A stretch of DNA of 64,000 nt from Longimicrobiales bacterium. GTDB lineage: Bacteria > Gemmatimonadota > Gemmatimonadetes > Longimicrobiales > Gaopeijiaceae. Under the pieces are notes generated by a model. The model was not told the origin of the DNA, ran no database searches, and worked only from the letters and a program-made list of their open reading frames with translations. The position numbers and the translations under genes were made by a program. Of this stretch, positions 29,876 to 40,585 are shown piece after piece; the first letter of the stretch is position 1, and every line of letters starts with the position of its first letter. The stretch spans positions 256,001-320,000 of the forward strand of contig CBDCKN010000013.1 in the NCBI GenBank assembly GCA_965218295.1. Direction: 5' to 3'.

Positions 29876-32236
29876 TCAGAGTCGGAAAAGCCGGTTCACC
29901 TTGATCACGAGGCCCCGGTTCGACAGCTCGGAGAACCGGTCGAACACGTCCGTATCGCGCTCTTCCGTGTACACGATGAAGATCTCGCTTCCGGGGGCAT
30001 ACTCCCAGCGCAGTCGAAGATTCGTGCTGAAGGTATCGCTATTGGTACTGTACTGGACCAGTCCGCTCAGGAACATGCGGGGCGAGAAGCTGTAGCTGAC
30101 GCGCGTCGAGGCCACGTGCTGGGTGAAGTCGCCCTGGGGCAGATCGACCCAGTTGAACGAGACGCTCGGTTCGATGGAGAATTGGGGCAGCACCTCGATC
30201 CTGGCCCGCTGAAACCCCACGGATGTACGGTCGCCACCGAAGAAGCTGCCCCTCTGCACCGACAGATTCCCCGAGTACGGGCGCTGGGGACCGAAGCTGT
30301 ACCTCAGCTGCACGTCGCGGAAGGTGTATCGGCCGACCGGGATTGTCACGTCGGGGGCGATGGGGAACGGGTCGACCAGGTTCTCGTAGGTGTCGGTCAA
30401 GTCCGCGCTGAACGAGTCGCCGTTGTCGAGCTCGATCTGGAAATTCCCCTGTCGCTCCCGGGTCTCGACGAACCCCGCTTCGGCGTTCTCCAGGTAGTTG
30501 AGCCGCGCCTCGAGCGTCACCTGCCGGATCGACTCGATGGACGCCGGCCGCGGGCTGTACTTGCCCGAGAGGAAAGTCTGTCGGAATCCGTTCCGCTGCA
30601 CGAACCCGAGCTCCGGGTTGAAGTCCTCCCCCACCAGGAGATGATCGACCTGAAGCCCCCATAGATCTCCGTCGTAGCTGAACCGGCCCCGGTAGCTCTC
30701 GTCCGTACCCGTGAGCCCCTCGGTCTCCGTTTTGGCGTAGTAGCTGAGGAAGTTCAGGTTGTCGAAGAACGAGAACGTCGCGTCCACTCCGTATGCCTGG
30801 TTGGATCCCGGCGCGACAGTGGACTTCGATCGGTTCTCGAACAGGACTCCGATGCTGCTCCGCCGGAAGATGTCCCGACGGAGCCGTAGCACGGTGAAGC
30901 TCGTCGACTCGGCGCCTGCGCTCTGGAGGTCGTCGGTCTGGACGCTCAGGACGCCGACATCGAAGGATCCGACCTTCCCGGTCACTCGACCACCGCCGAC
31001 GATCGGCACCGGCTCTCCGCTCTGGAGGCCGATGCGCCGGCTGAAGAACAGCGTGGGCGCGCTCACGCCGCCGCCGCCGAAGCCCCCCCTGCCCCGGCGC
31101 AGGAAGGCGCCCCCGCCGCCCACGCCGCCGGTCCCGAAAACGAAGATGCCTCGCCCTTCCAGAAAGAACTCCCTCTTTTCGGGGAAGAAAAGGCTGAACC
31201 GCGTGAGGTTCACCTGCTGTTCGTCCACCTCGACCTGGGCGAAGTCGGTGTTGTACGTGAGATCGGCCGTCAGGTTGTCGGTGATCCCGATCTTGAGGTC
31301 CAACCCCGCGTCGGCGTCGAGGTGATTGCGGACTTGGGGATCGGTGGTCAGGTCGGTCTCGAGGCCCGAAATGCCGTACGGCTTGACGTCGACCACCCTG
31401 CTCGCCGGCGGTGCCTCCAGCCCGACCAGCGTCCCGAACCGCGAGACCCGCAGCACCCCCCTGCCGCCTGTTCCGGACATCGATATGGGGACCAACGTGA
31501 GATAACTCCACTCGTTCCTCCGACGGATGACGCGCCTCATCTGGAGGCCCCAGACTTGCTCGGAGCCGGGTCGATACCGGAGGGACTTGAAGGGGATCCG
31601 CATCTCAACCGTCCAACCACCGTCGAAGCGACCGGTTCGCACGTCCCAGACGGGGTTCCAGTCCGGGTTCGGGTTGCCCTCGTTCGTCATCGCGAACTCG
31701 GCGCGTGCGCTGAGGGGATTCGTGTAGAACCCTACCCCGTTGCGACGATCGTAATACGTATCGAACATGACGCCGAAGGTGTCGTTCCGACGGAGCTGAT
31801 TGCTGTCGCGCCGCATTTCGTTCGCCACCCACCCGCTCTCGGGCGCGGACTCCCACACGCGCCCGGATACATAGATGTTGTTGTCGTCGAACGCGATCCA
31901 AGCCTCCGTCCGCTCGGTCGCCGCCACTCCCTCATTCGGCACACTCTGGATGAAGCCTGATATGGAGAGGGTCGTCCGGTAGAGGGGCTCGTCCAGTTCG
32001 CCGTCGAGTTGGATCGGCTCAGTCAACCGGACCGCCCGGACCGTGGCGTTGCCTCGATCGTCGCGGCTGATGACTTCGGGCGCCGTGGGCGGGGGGGGGC
32101 CATCGACCCGGACTCCGTCGGGCGCCGTGGAACCCGGCGACTGCGCAGCCAGCACTTGGGCGCGCGTGGGTATCGCGACTGCCGTGAACAGGGCCACGAC
32201 GGTGATCAAGCCCACTTGGGATCTGCGGCGACTCAT
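29876..32236 (-). CDS. DUF5916 / CBM9-like outer-membrane protein
   Basis: Signal peptide, LDGELDE, EMRIPFKSLRY, TDFAQVEVD..NLTRFSLFFPEKREFFLEG, beta-barrel-like C-terminus. Confidence 0.85.
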   Translation of the reverse strand: MSRRRSQVGLITVVALFTAVAIPTRAQVLAAQSPGSTAPDGVRVDGPPPPTAPEVISRDDRGNATVRAVRLTEPIQLDGELDEPLYRTTLSISGFIQSVPNEGVAATERTEAWIAFDDNNIYVSGRVWESAPESGWVANEMRRDSNQLRRNDTFGVMFDTYYDRRNGVGFYTNPLSARAEFAMTNEGNPNPDWNPVWDVRTGRFDGGWTVEMRIPFKSLRYRPGSEQVWGLQMRRVIRRRNEWSYLTLVPISMSGTGGRGVLRVSRFGTLVGLEAPPASRVVDVKPYGISGLETDLTTDPQVRNHLDADAGLDLKIGITDNLTADLTYNTDFAQVEVDEQQVNLTRFSLFFPEKREFFLEGRGIFVFGTGGVGGGGAFLRRGRGGFGGGGVSAPTLFFSRRIGLQSGEPVPIVGGGRVTGKVGSFDVGVLSVQTDDLQSAGAESTSFTVLRLRRDIFRRSSIGVLFENRSKSTVAPGSNQAYGVDATFSFFDNLNFLSYYAKTETEGLTGTDESYRGRFSYDGDLWGLQVDHLLVGEDFNPELGFVQRNGFRQTFLSGKYSPRPASIESIRQVTLEARLNYLENAEAGFVETRERQGNFQIELDNGDSFSADLTDTYENLVDPFPIAPDVTIPVGRYTFRDVQLRYSFGPQRPYSGNLSVQRGSFFGGDRTSVGFQRARIEVLPQFSIEPSVSFNWVDLPQGDFTQHVASTRVSYSFSPRMFLSGLVQYSTNSDTFSTNLRLRWEYAPGSEIFIVYTEERDTDVFDRFSELSNRGLVIKVNRLFRL

Positions 32237-32238
32237 CG

Positions 32239-32535
32239 CTATTCCCTGCTGGAGATCCGATGGCCCACGGCCACGAACACGAGGGGCCCCGAACGACCCC
32301 GCTTCTCCGCAACCGACTCGATGGTCGACACCCGCCTCACCGATTCCCCGATATGCAGCGATCCGGTGAAGTGGAGCCGACCCCCGGCCCACATCCGTTG
32401 CGGAAGCGTGACCGGAGGCAGAAAGACACCCTGCTTCTCGTGCCCGTCCGGTCCCAGGTGCGAGCGTAGGGCGTGGGGCGTGAAGTAGATCCGCGCGCCT
32501 GGCGACACCCTGAACGTCCATAGGTAGTGCCACCC
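32239..32535 (-). pseudogene. Fragment of an HTD2/MaoC-like (FAS1 N-terminal) dehydratase
   Basis: LGPDGH..FLPPV.LP.RMWAGG..KRGRSGPLVFV.V.H; both ends missing. Confidence 0.75.
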
Positions 32536-32554
32536 ATCAGCAGGAGAGTCTGAG

Positions 32555-32605
32555 ATGCGGGACAACAGGGGTTTCACCCTCATTGAGCTCCTCATCGTGG
32601 TCGCG
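32555..32605 (+). pseudogene. Type IV prepilin N-terminus fragment
   Basis: AGGAG RBS, then MRDNRG/FTLIELLIVVA. Sequence then diverges and stops 19 codons later. Confidence 0.75.
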
Positions 32606-32890
32606 CATCATCCCAAGGACCAATCGTGGGCTTCGAGCAGTGCGGATTCCACTGGGGAGCGATGAGCTCGGCAGGCGGCTCGAACTTGGGCGGATCGGTG
32701 ACCAACCGTCGAATGCGCGCCTCCAACTCTGCGAACGCGTCCGTTGCGTCCTCACCCTTCGTAAGCGCCACCTCGTAGATGCCGAAGTGGGCGACGTGAG
32801 CGGCGTAGAACGATCGCGCCGCCCTCGTGTGGGTGTCGTAGAACGCAAAGTTGTAGCTCGCCGGGAGGTAGAACTGGCTGTTACGGGGGG
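32606..32890 (-). pseudogene. Fragment of an uncharacterised protein
   Basis: RNSQFYLPASYNFAFYDTHTRAARSFYAAHVAHFGIYEVAL..PPKFEPPAELIAP; protein-like, no proper start or end. Confidence 0.45.
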
Positions 32891-32984
32891 TCACACCCGT
32901 ACAGGATGCCGTCGTCACGGCAAGGATATAGACAGGAGTACCTGTCGACCATGTCCTAGTTCTCACTCGAAAAAAGGGGTGGCC

Positions 32985-33228
32985 GGAGCGCGACTTTTCA
33001 TGCTAGAGATCGACCGAGGGACAGAACCCCTCACGGGCAGACATGCTAGCGCGATTGAGCGAAAACTGGAGATGTATCGGAGTGCCTTTGAGTCAAAGGC
33101 TGAAGAGGACTACGCCACTCTCCTCGGTCAAGACTTCACCGGGTTCCGAATCCTGTGCGTCGTGCCCGATGAAAAGCGGTTGGCCGCATTCCTACGGCTC
33201 GCCGAGCAAATGGATTTGGCGGGCAACA
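32985..33228 (+). pseudogene. Fragment of a Replication-relaxation (Replic_Relax) family protein
   Basis: RLFMLEIDRGTE...KLEMY...GFRILCVVPDEKRL motif pattern. Confidence 0.6.
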
Positions 33229-33232
33229 TAAC

Positions 33233-33514
33233 TTACACGCCTTCAATCAAGATTACATTGCTGTACGGTGCCCTGGGCAGAATATCTACTGCTTGGGCGT
33301 ATGCTGGCGACTTGTACCACTGCCGAGCTTGCTCCATGCTTTCGAATTCCAGCATTACCAACGTCTTGGGTTCCCAGTCTCCCTCCAATACCTCTACCAT
33401 ACCGCCATGAACTATTGCCTTCGACTGGAAGGGTGCCAGGGACTCGCCAGCAAGTTTGACATATTCATCCCCCGGGTCGGTGTCTTCTACATCAAAGATT
33501 ATATACGCTGCCAT
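33233..33514 (-). CDS. DUF1330 family protein
   Basis: MAAYIIFDV..HGG.VEVLEGDW.P..V.LEF.S...A..WY.SP.Y; strong RBS; lower GC than host genes. Confidence 0.88.
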   Translation of the reverse strand: MAAYIIFDVEDTDPGDEYVKLAGESLAPFQSKAIVHGGMVEVLEGDWEPKTLVMLEFESMEQARQWYKSPAYAQAVDILPRAPYSNVILIEGV

Positions 33515-33582
33515 AATCCTTTCCCTCCTTCTGTTGCTGGTCTCTCCCCTATGATATACCAATTCGATGTGATCATGCCACG

Positions 33583-34813
33583 TGTACAGAGATGGTAATG
33601 ACCTGACAGTTGGCCCTCGCCGGAGCTGTGTCTAGGCTGCCTTCGTCTTAGCCTCCTCCTTCCTGGCCTTTGCGGCCTTCCTGGCGTCGGTGAGACCGGC
33701 CTTGAAGACCTGATAGGGCGTGCGGCCCTCCATGGCTCGACCGCGGTGCGGCCGCTTCCGGTTGTAGGTCTCCAGATACGCCTCGAGGTCCTGCTGCATC
33801 TCCTCGACGGTCTCGTACCAGGTGGTGCGGCCCTTCACCCTCAAGTGCTCGTCGAGGAGCGTGCGGTGGAAGCGCTCGATGAAGCCGTTGGACTGGGGCC
33901 TGCCCACCTTCGTCGTGCGGTGCTCGATGTCCTCGAGCTGAAGGAACAGCTCATATGGGTGACGGTCCGGACGGCCGCAGAACTCGCGGCCGTTGTCGCT
34001 GAGCACGGTCTTCACCCGGACCCGGTGCTCATCGAAGAACGGCAACACGTCGTTATTCATCACCTGCACCGCCGTGAGCGGGAGCTTGCTCGTGTAGAGC
34101 CGGCCCCAGGCGTAGCGGCTGAAGCAATCGAGCACGGTCTGCAGGTACACCTTGCCGACCCCCTTCAGCGTTCCGACGAAGAACGTGTCCACGGCGACGA
34201 GGTCGCCCGGGTAATGGACTTCGATGTGGCGCTCCCGGAACTCGGGACTGAAGCGCTCCAGCAGCTCGATCTGCTCGTCGGTCAGCTTCAGCTTCCGTTC
34301 CCTGGCCGTCTCTTCGAGCCTGAGCAGCCGTTCGTGCTTCGTGGTGAGGCCATGCCGGCTCCACACGCCCCGTACGCCTCCTGAGCTCACCTGGATCCCT
34401 CCGAGCAGCAACTCGTCCGCGACCCGCTGAGCTCCGTGCGTCGGAGCCTCCAAGGCGTGGGCCAAGACCGCCTGCTCAATCTCTTCACTCACCCGGTTCG
34501 GGTGCGGTCCCTTCGGCCCCGGAAGCTGGTCGATCAGCCCCTCGGCCCCGTAAAGCTGGAAGTTCCTCCTGATCTCGTAGAACTGCTGCCGGCTGTAGCC
34601 CACGATCTTGCACGCCTTGCTCACGTTGCCGAGCTCCTGGGCCAACTGTAGCAGGCTCAGCTTGCGGCGCGCTATCTTCTCCCCCTGGACGGTGGTCATC
34701 TTCTCTCCCGTGCTAAGTGAGTGACTTCGACATCTCTCAATTAGCTCCGGCGAGGGCGGCTGGCCACCGTCCTCTCTCGTGGTCAACTGTCAGGTGAATA
34801 CCGTCTCAGCACA
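33583..34813 (-). mobile_element. Complete IS481-family element with 7-bp target duplication
   Basis: Imperfect IRs TGTACAGAGATGGTAATGACCTGACAGTTG and TGTGCTGAGACGGTATTCACCTGACAGTTG. TGCCACG is repeated at 33576-33582 and 34814-34820. Confidence 0.95.
33632..34699 (-). CDS. IS481-family DDE transposase
   Basis: N-terminal HTH, VDTFFVG, SDNGREFCG, PQSNGFIERFHRT, YN.KRPH. Confidence 0.95.
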   Translation of the reverse strand: MTTVQGEKIARRKLSLLQLAQELGNVSKACKIVGYSRQQFYEIRRNFQLYGAEGLIDQLPGPKGPHPNRVSEEIEQAVLAHALEAPTHGAQRVADELLLGGIQVSSGGVRGVWSRHGLTTKHERLLRLEETARERKLKLTDEQIELLERFSPEFRERHIEVHYPGDLVAVDTFFVGTLKGVGKVYLQTVLDCFSRYAWGRLYTSKLPLTAVQVMNNDVLPFFDEHRVRVKTVLSDNGREFCGRPDRHPYELFLQLEDIEHRTTKVGRPQSNGFIERFHRTLLDEHLRVKGRTTWYETVEEMQQDLEAYLETYNRKRPHRGRAMEGRTPYQVFKAGLTDARKAAKARKEEAKTKAA

Positions 34814-34940
34814 TGCCACGAATAGCTGGGAGTGGGGGAGCCGGTTGAGGGTGTTCATGATCCACGACCAGCCCACCAGTTGGCTTATCCGCTCTGGGTC
34901 GGCATCCCACTGACGTAGTTCGGCCTCGAGGGCCGCCAAC
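34814..34940 (-). pseudogene. Probable IS630-family transposase C-terminal remnant
   Basis: LEAELRQWDADPERISQLVGWSWI resembles IS630 C-termini. With IS481 removed, the frame ends FVA-TGA and is followed by AATTGGTATA, an IS630-like end. Confidence 0.45.
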
Positions 34941-35370
34941 GAATAGGCAAGACAAAGGCCCTTTCGGAGTCCGGCACCCAGCTTGAGCGAGCCGAGACCC
35001 TCCCCTTGCGAGGCACGACCCCAGGGCAACGCGCGCGCTCGCCGTCCGGCCATGCAAGGACGAGACGATCGGATGCGTGGATGGGCAACAGCAACCGAAC
35101 GGACCCGCCCCCCGAGTCGGGGACGGCGGGTCCGTGATCCGTCGGGCAGCTCTCAGTCTGGCAGCGACTGATCGGACACGGGCGGACTCCGGGATCAGAC
35201 CTCGTCAACATCCATGCACGGCCATGCACGGGCTGGGAGGCGCAAGCAGAGCCCCGTCAGACGCTTGTAAACGCGTTCTGAGCGTCTTCGGACTTTATTC
35301 GGTATCCAGGTTAGGCTGGAGCGTCCTTGTGGCTTAGAGGGCCGTTATCGGCTTGCTCACCTGTGGGCAA

Positions 35371-35751
35371 CTACAGCAACGCCAGCGGGAGTCCCAGCGC
35401 GAACAGTCCCGACGCGATGATCACGCTCACGAAGCCCATTGAGCGGAAGGGTTGGCGCTCACCGTCGGCGACGCGGAGGAGGAAGCCGACGCCTCCGCTC
35501 ATGCGGAGGAGGACTCGGGAGAATGGAATAGAAAGGACGTAGAGCCAAAGCCAGATGGAAGTGAAGAACGTGGACAAGAAACCGACGATCACTGCTAGAC
35601 CAAATAGCTCATCCAGCGAGGATGTCCCAAGAGTCCCAGTCTCCTCCACCAATAGGAAGAATCCGGACAAAATGGCGCCCCAGGCGACGCTGCCGATGAC
35701 AAAAGTCGCGAGGAGATCCAGCAGGAGTGTCACTCTCGGCGGCGCGTGCAC
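35371..35751 (-). CDS. Membrane protein, probably a C-terminal fragment
   Basis: Several hydrophobic segments (STFFTSIWLWLY); no convincing start. Confidence 0.5.
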   Translation of the reverse strand: MHAPPRVTLLLDLLATFVIGSVAWGAILSGFFLLVEETGTLGTSSLDELFGLAVIVGFLSTFFTSIWLWLYVLSIPFSRVLLRMSGGVGFLLRVADGERQPFRSMGFVSVIIASGLFALGLPLALL

Positions 35752-35843
35752 GCAATTCGGGAAGTCTTGCCGCCACAGCCGCTCTTAGGCATTTCTGTCG
35801 CCTCCTTCGGCCCGCTGTCAGCCACGAGTCAGCCACGAGCCCG

Positions 35844-35878
35844 AAAAGAGCCCCCCGAGCGAGGGTACTCGGGAGGCG
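35844..35878 (-). terminator. Putative terminator after tRNA-Met
   Basis: GCCTCCCGAG..CTCGGGGGGC stem followed by TCTTTT on minus. Confidence 0.5.
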
Positions 35879-35900
35879 AAAATCGTTGTGGCACCTCGAA

Positions 35901-35974
35901 TAGCGGAGGAGGGACTCGAACCCCCGACACGCGGATTATGATTCCGCTGCTCTAACCAGCTGAGCTACTCCGCC
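35901..35974 (-). tRNA. tRNA-Met (CAT), elongator type; CCA not encoded
   Basis: GGCGGAGTAGCTCAGCTGGTTAGAGCAGCGGAATCATAATCCGCGTGTCGGGGGTTCGAGTCCCTCCTCCGCTA folds as a cloverleaf. Confidence 0.95.
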
Positions 35975-35994
35975 CCCATGTTTTCGTGCCCCGA

Positions 35995-36023
35995 AAGCTC
36001 AAAGGAGACCTCAGGGGTGTCAA
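35995..36023 (-). promoter_or_regulatory. Putative tRNA promoter
   Basis: TTGACA-N17-GAGCTT about 20 nt upstream of the tRNA. Confidence 0.5.
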
Positions 36024-36181
36024 GACGGATCCCGGCCCCCTTCGTGCAGCATTCGTATGTGGATCCGAAGATGCTCGGGCACGGTTCCGGCGAGCCATTT
36101 CAGGGGTGAAGGGGTATTCTTTCAGGCACGTAGTTTACGTGCGACACGACAACAGTCATTCCTGGCAAGAGGGGTCGTCTC

Positions 36182-37150
36182 ATGGACTTCGGAGCCTTTC
36201 TAATCCCCGCAGCTGTCGTAGCAGGAGTAGCCTTGCTCTCGAGTCTCCGCATCCTCTACGAGTACGAGCGGGGAGTGATCTTTCGCCTCGGGAAGCTCAC
36301 CCGGGCCAAGGGCCCCGGTCTCATCTTCCTGGTGCCCTTCGCCATCGAGCGCATGAAGAAGATAGACCTCCGCATCGTTGCGCTGGACATCGCACCCCAG
36401 GACACCATCACGAAGGACAACGTCAGTGTTAAGGTGAACGCGGTCGTGTACTTCCGGGTGGCGGACCCGGCCAAGGCCGTGGTGGAGATCGAGGACTACT
36501 ACTTCGCCACGAGCCAGCTCGCCCAGACCACGCTCCGGAGCGTTATCGGCCAGTCGGAGCTCGACGAGATCCTGGTGGAGCGTGATAAGATCAACGATGT
36601 CGTCTGCCGGATCATCGACGAGGGGACGGACCCCTGGGGCATCGAGGTCACCTCCGTCGAGGTCAAGGACATCGACCTCCCTCACGAGATGAAGCGCGCC
36701 ATGGCCAAGCAGGCCGAGGCGGAGCGGGAGCGCCGCGGCAAAGTCATCGCCGCCGCTGGCGAAGCCCAGGCTGCGGCGAAGCTCGCCGAGGCGGCAGAGA
36801 TCATCCAGCACTATCCGGTGGCCATCCAGCTCCGGTTCCTGCAGACGGCGGCCGAGATCGCGGCAGAGAACAACTCCACGATGGTCTTCCCCATCCCCAT
36901 GGACCTGTTCCAACCCCTCTTAGAGGCCGGGGCGCGTTGGAAGTCCGGTGAGCGACCCTCGCACGAGGCGTTGAGCGCAGCCAGCGAGGGGGCGCCGCTA
37001 CCGGCGGGCACCGATCAGGCCATACTCGCCGAGGCCGCAAAGGCGTTCCTGGGCATCGGGAGTGGCAACCCAGCCTCCGAGCCGGCTACGGTCCCTGCCG
37101 AGCGGGATGGATCGGACGAGGACACCGAGGGCCCCGAGGAGGACGTCTAA
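36182..37150 (+). CDS. SPFH/band-7 (slipin/stomatin) protein
   Basis: [52 protein letters not shown]. Confidence 0.93.
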   Translation: MDFGAFLIPAAVVAGVALLSSLRILYEYERGVIFRLGKLTRAKGPGLIFLVPFAIERMKKIDLRIVALDIAPQDTITKDNVSVKVNAVVYFRVADPAKAVVEIEDYYFATSQLAQTTLRSVIGQSELDEILVERDKINDVVCRIIDEGTDPWGIEVTSVEVKDIDLPHEMKRAMAKQAEAERERRGKVIAAAGEAQAAAKLAEAAEIIQHYPVAIQLRFLQTAAEIAAENNSTMVFPIPMDLFQPLLEAGARWKSGERPSHEALSAASEGAPLPAGTDQAILAEAAKAFLGIGSGNPASEPATVPAERDGSDEDTEGPEEDV

Positions 37151-37158
37151 ATATCGCT

Positions 37159-39565
<2,407 letters not shown>

Positions 39566-39572
<7 letters not shown>

Positions 39573-40585
39573 GGGGCCTCCCTGGGCGTGAAGTGATCGA
39601 ATCCACCCGCGATCCCATCCCCGCCGAGGGATTTCCACCCGTCGATATGCACGCCCTCGCCCTCGAGCACACGGCCAACATGCGTGAGCGGCGTCTCGAA
39701 CCGCTCGCGGAATGCTTGGGCCAGAGGACTCATGGCGCCGGGCGCCGAGGCGATGCAGAGCTCGTAGTCCTCCCCTCCGGACAGAGCGAGATCGACATCG
39801 CCAACGTCCAGCTCAGGGTGGATCGGTATCAGATCGGTCTCGATCTTGATGCGCACCCCGGACGCCGCGGCCAGATGGCCCGCGTCCCCCGCAAGGCCAT
39901 CGGAGAGGTCGATCATGGCGTGCACGGCACCGTGCTCGGCGAGCCATTGGGCCTCTTGGATACGGGCGACGGGTCGCGCGAATGCCTCACGCAGCCCGCG
40001 GCTCGGCTCCGTGCCGGCATTCCATGCGCGAACGGCTCCGGAGCTGCCACCCAGGACGCCCGTCACCCAGATCTCGTCGCCGGCCACGGCTCCCCGGCGC
40101 ATGACCGGCTCGGTCGCCTCCCCGAGCACCGTGACGTCGAGGACGACCGGTCCGGGTGATGCCGTGAGGTCCCCGCCGACCAGGGCCATCCCGAGATCCC
40201 TGAGAGCGCTGCGGATGCCGTTGCCCAGCTCCGCCGACACGGCCTCAGCCTCGTCCGCCGACACGGCCAGAGAGATCAGTACGCCCACAGGTCTGGCAGC
40301 CATGGCCGCAAGGTCGCTGGCGGCCACCGTAACCGCGCGAAAGCCCACCTCCTCGAGTGAGATCCACGATCTGCGAAAGTGTACGTCCTCCACCGACAGG
40401 TCCGTGCTCACTACGAGTCGCCCTATCTGCAGCACGGCCGCGTCGTCTCCGGGACCCACGAGCACGGCGGGACCCAGGTCTTCCGACTCACCGAGTAGGG
40501 CCCGGATGAGATCGAACTCTCCTCCCGGACCCATGGGCGTGGTCCGGTCCGCTCCCGAGTCCCCGGGGGGGGGCGCCATCATCAC
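39566..40585 (-). CDS. thiL: Thiamine-monophosphate kinase
   Basis: GEFDLI, GDDAA, SDLAAM, GGD, IDLSDGL, GGEDYEL. Confidence 0.93.

Noticed and set aside
32555..32605. Silent pilS-type antigenic variation cassette
   Set aside because: pilS copies lack the N-terminus and keep the variable region; this fragment is the opposite and single-copy.
32583..33410. 275-aa ORF as a single gene
   Set aside because: It is a chimera: antisense of one fragment, a Replic_Relax piece, then antisense of DUF1330.
35310..35316. Integron attC core GTTAGGC
   Set aside because: No matching RYYYAAC inverse core, no repeated sites and no intI.
35901..35974. tRNA-Ile2 or initiator tRNA
   Set aside because: The acceptor has G1-U72, G2-C71, C3-G70, with no C1 mismatch and no three consecutive G-C anticodon-stem pairs. 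This fits elongator Met best, though it has not been model-tested.
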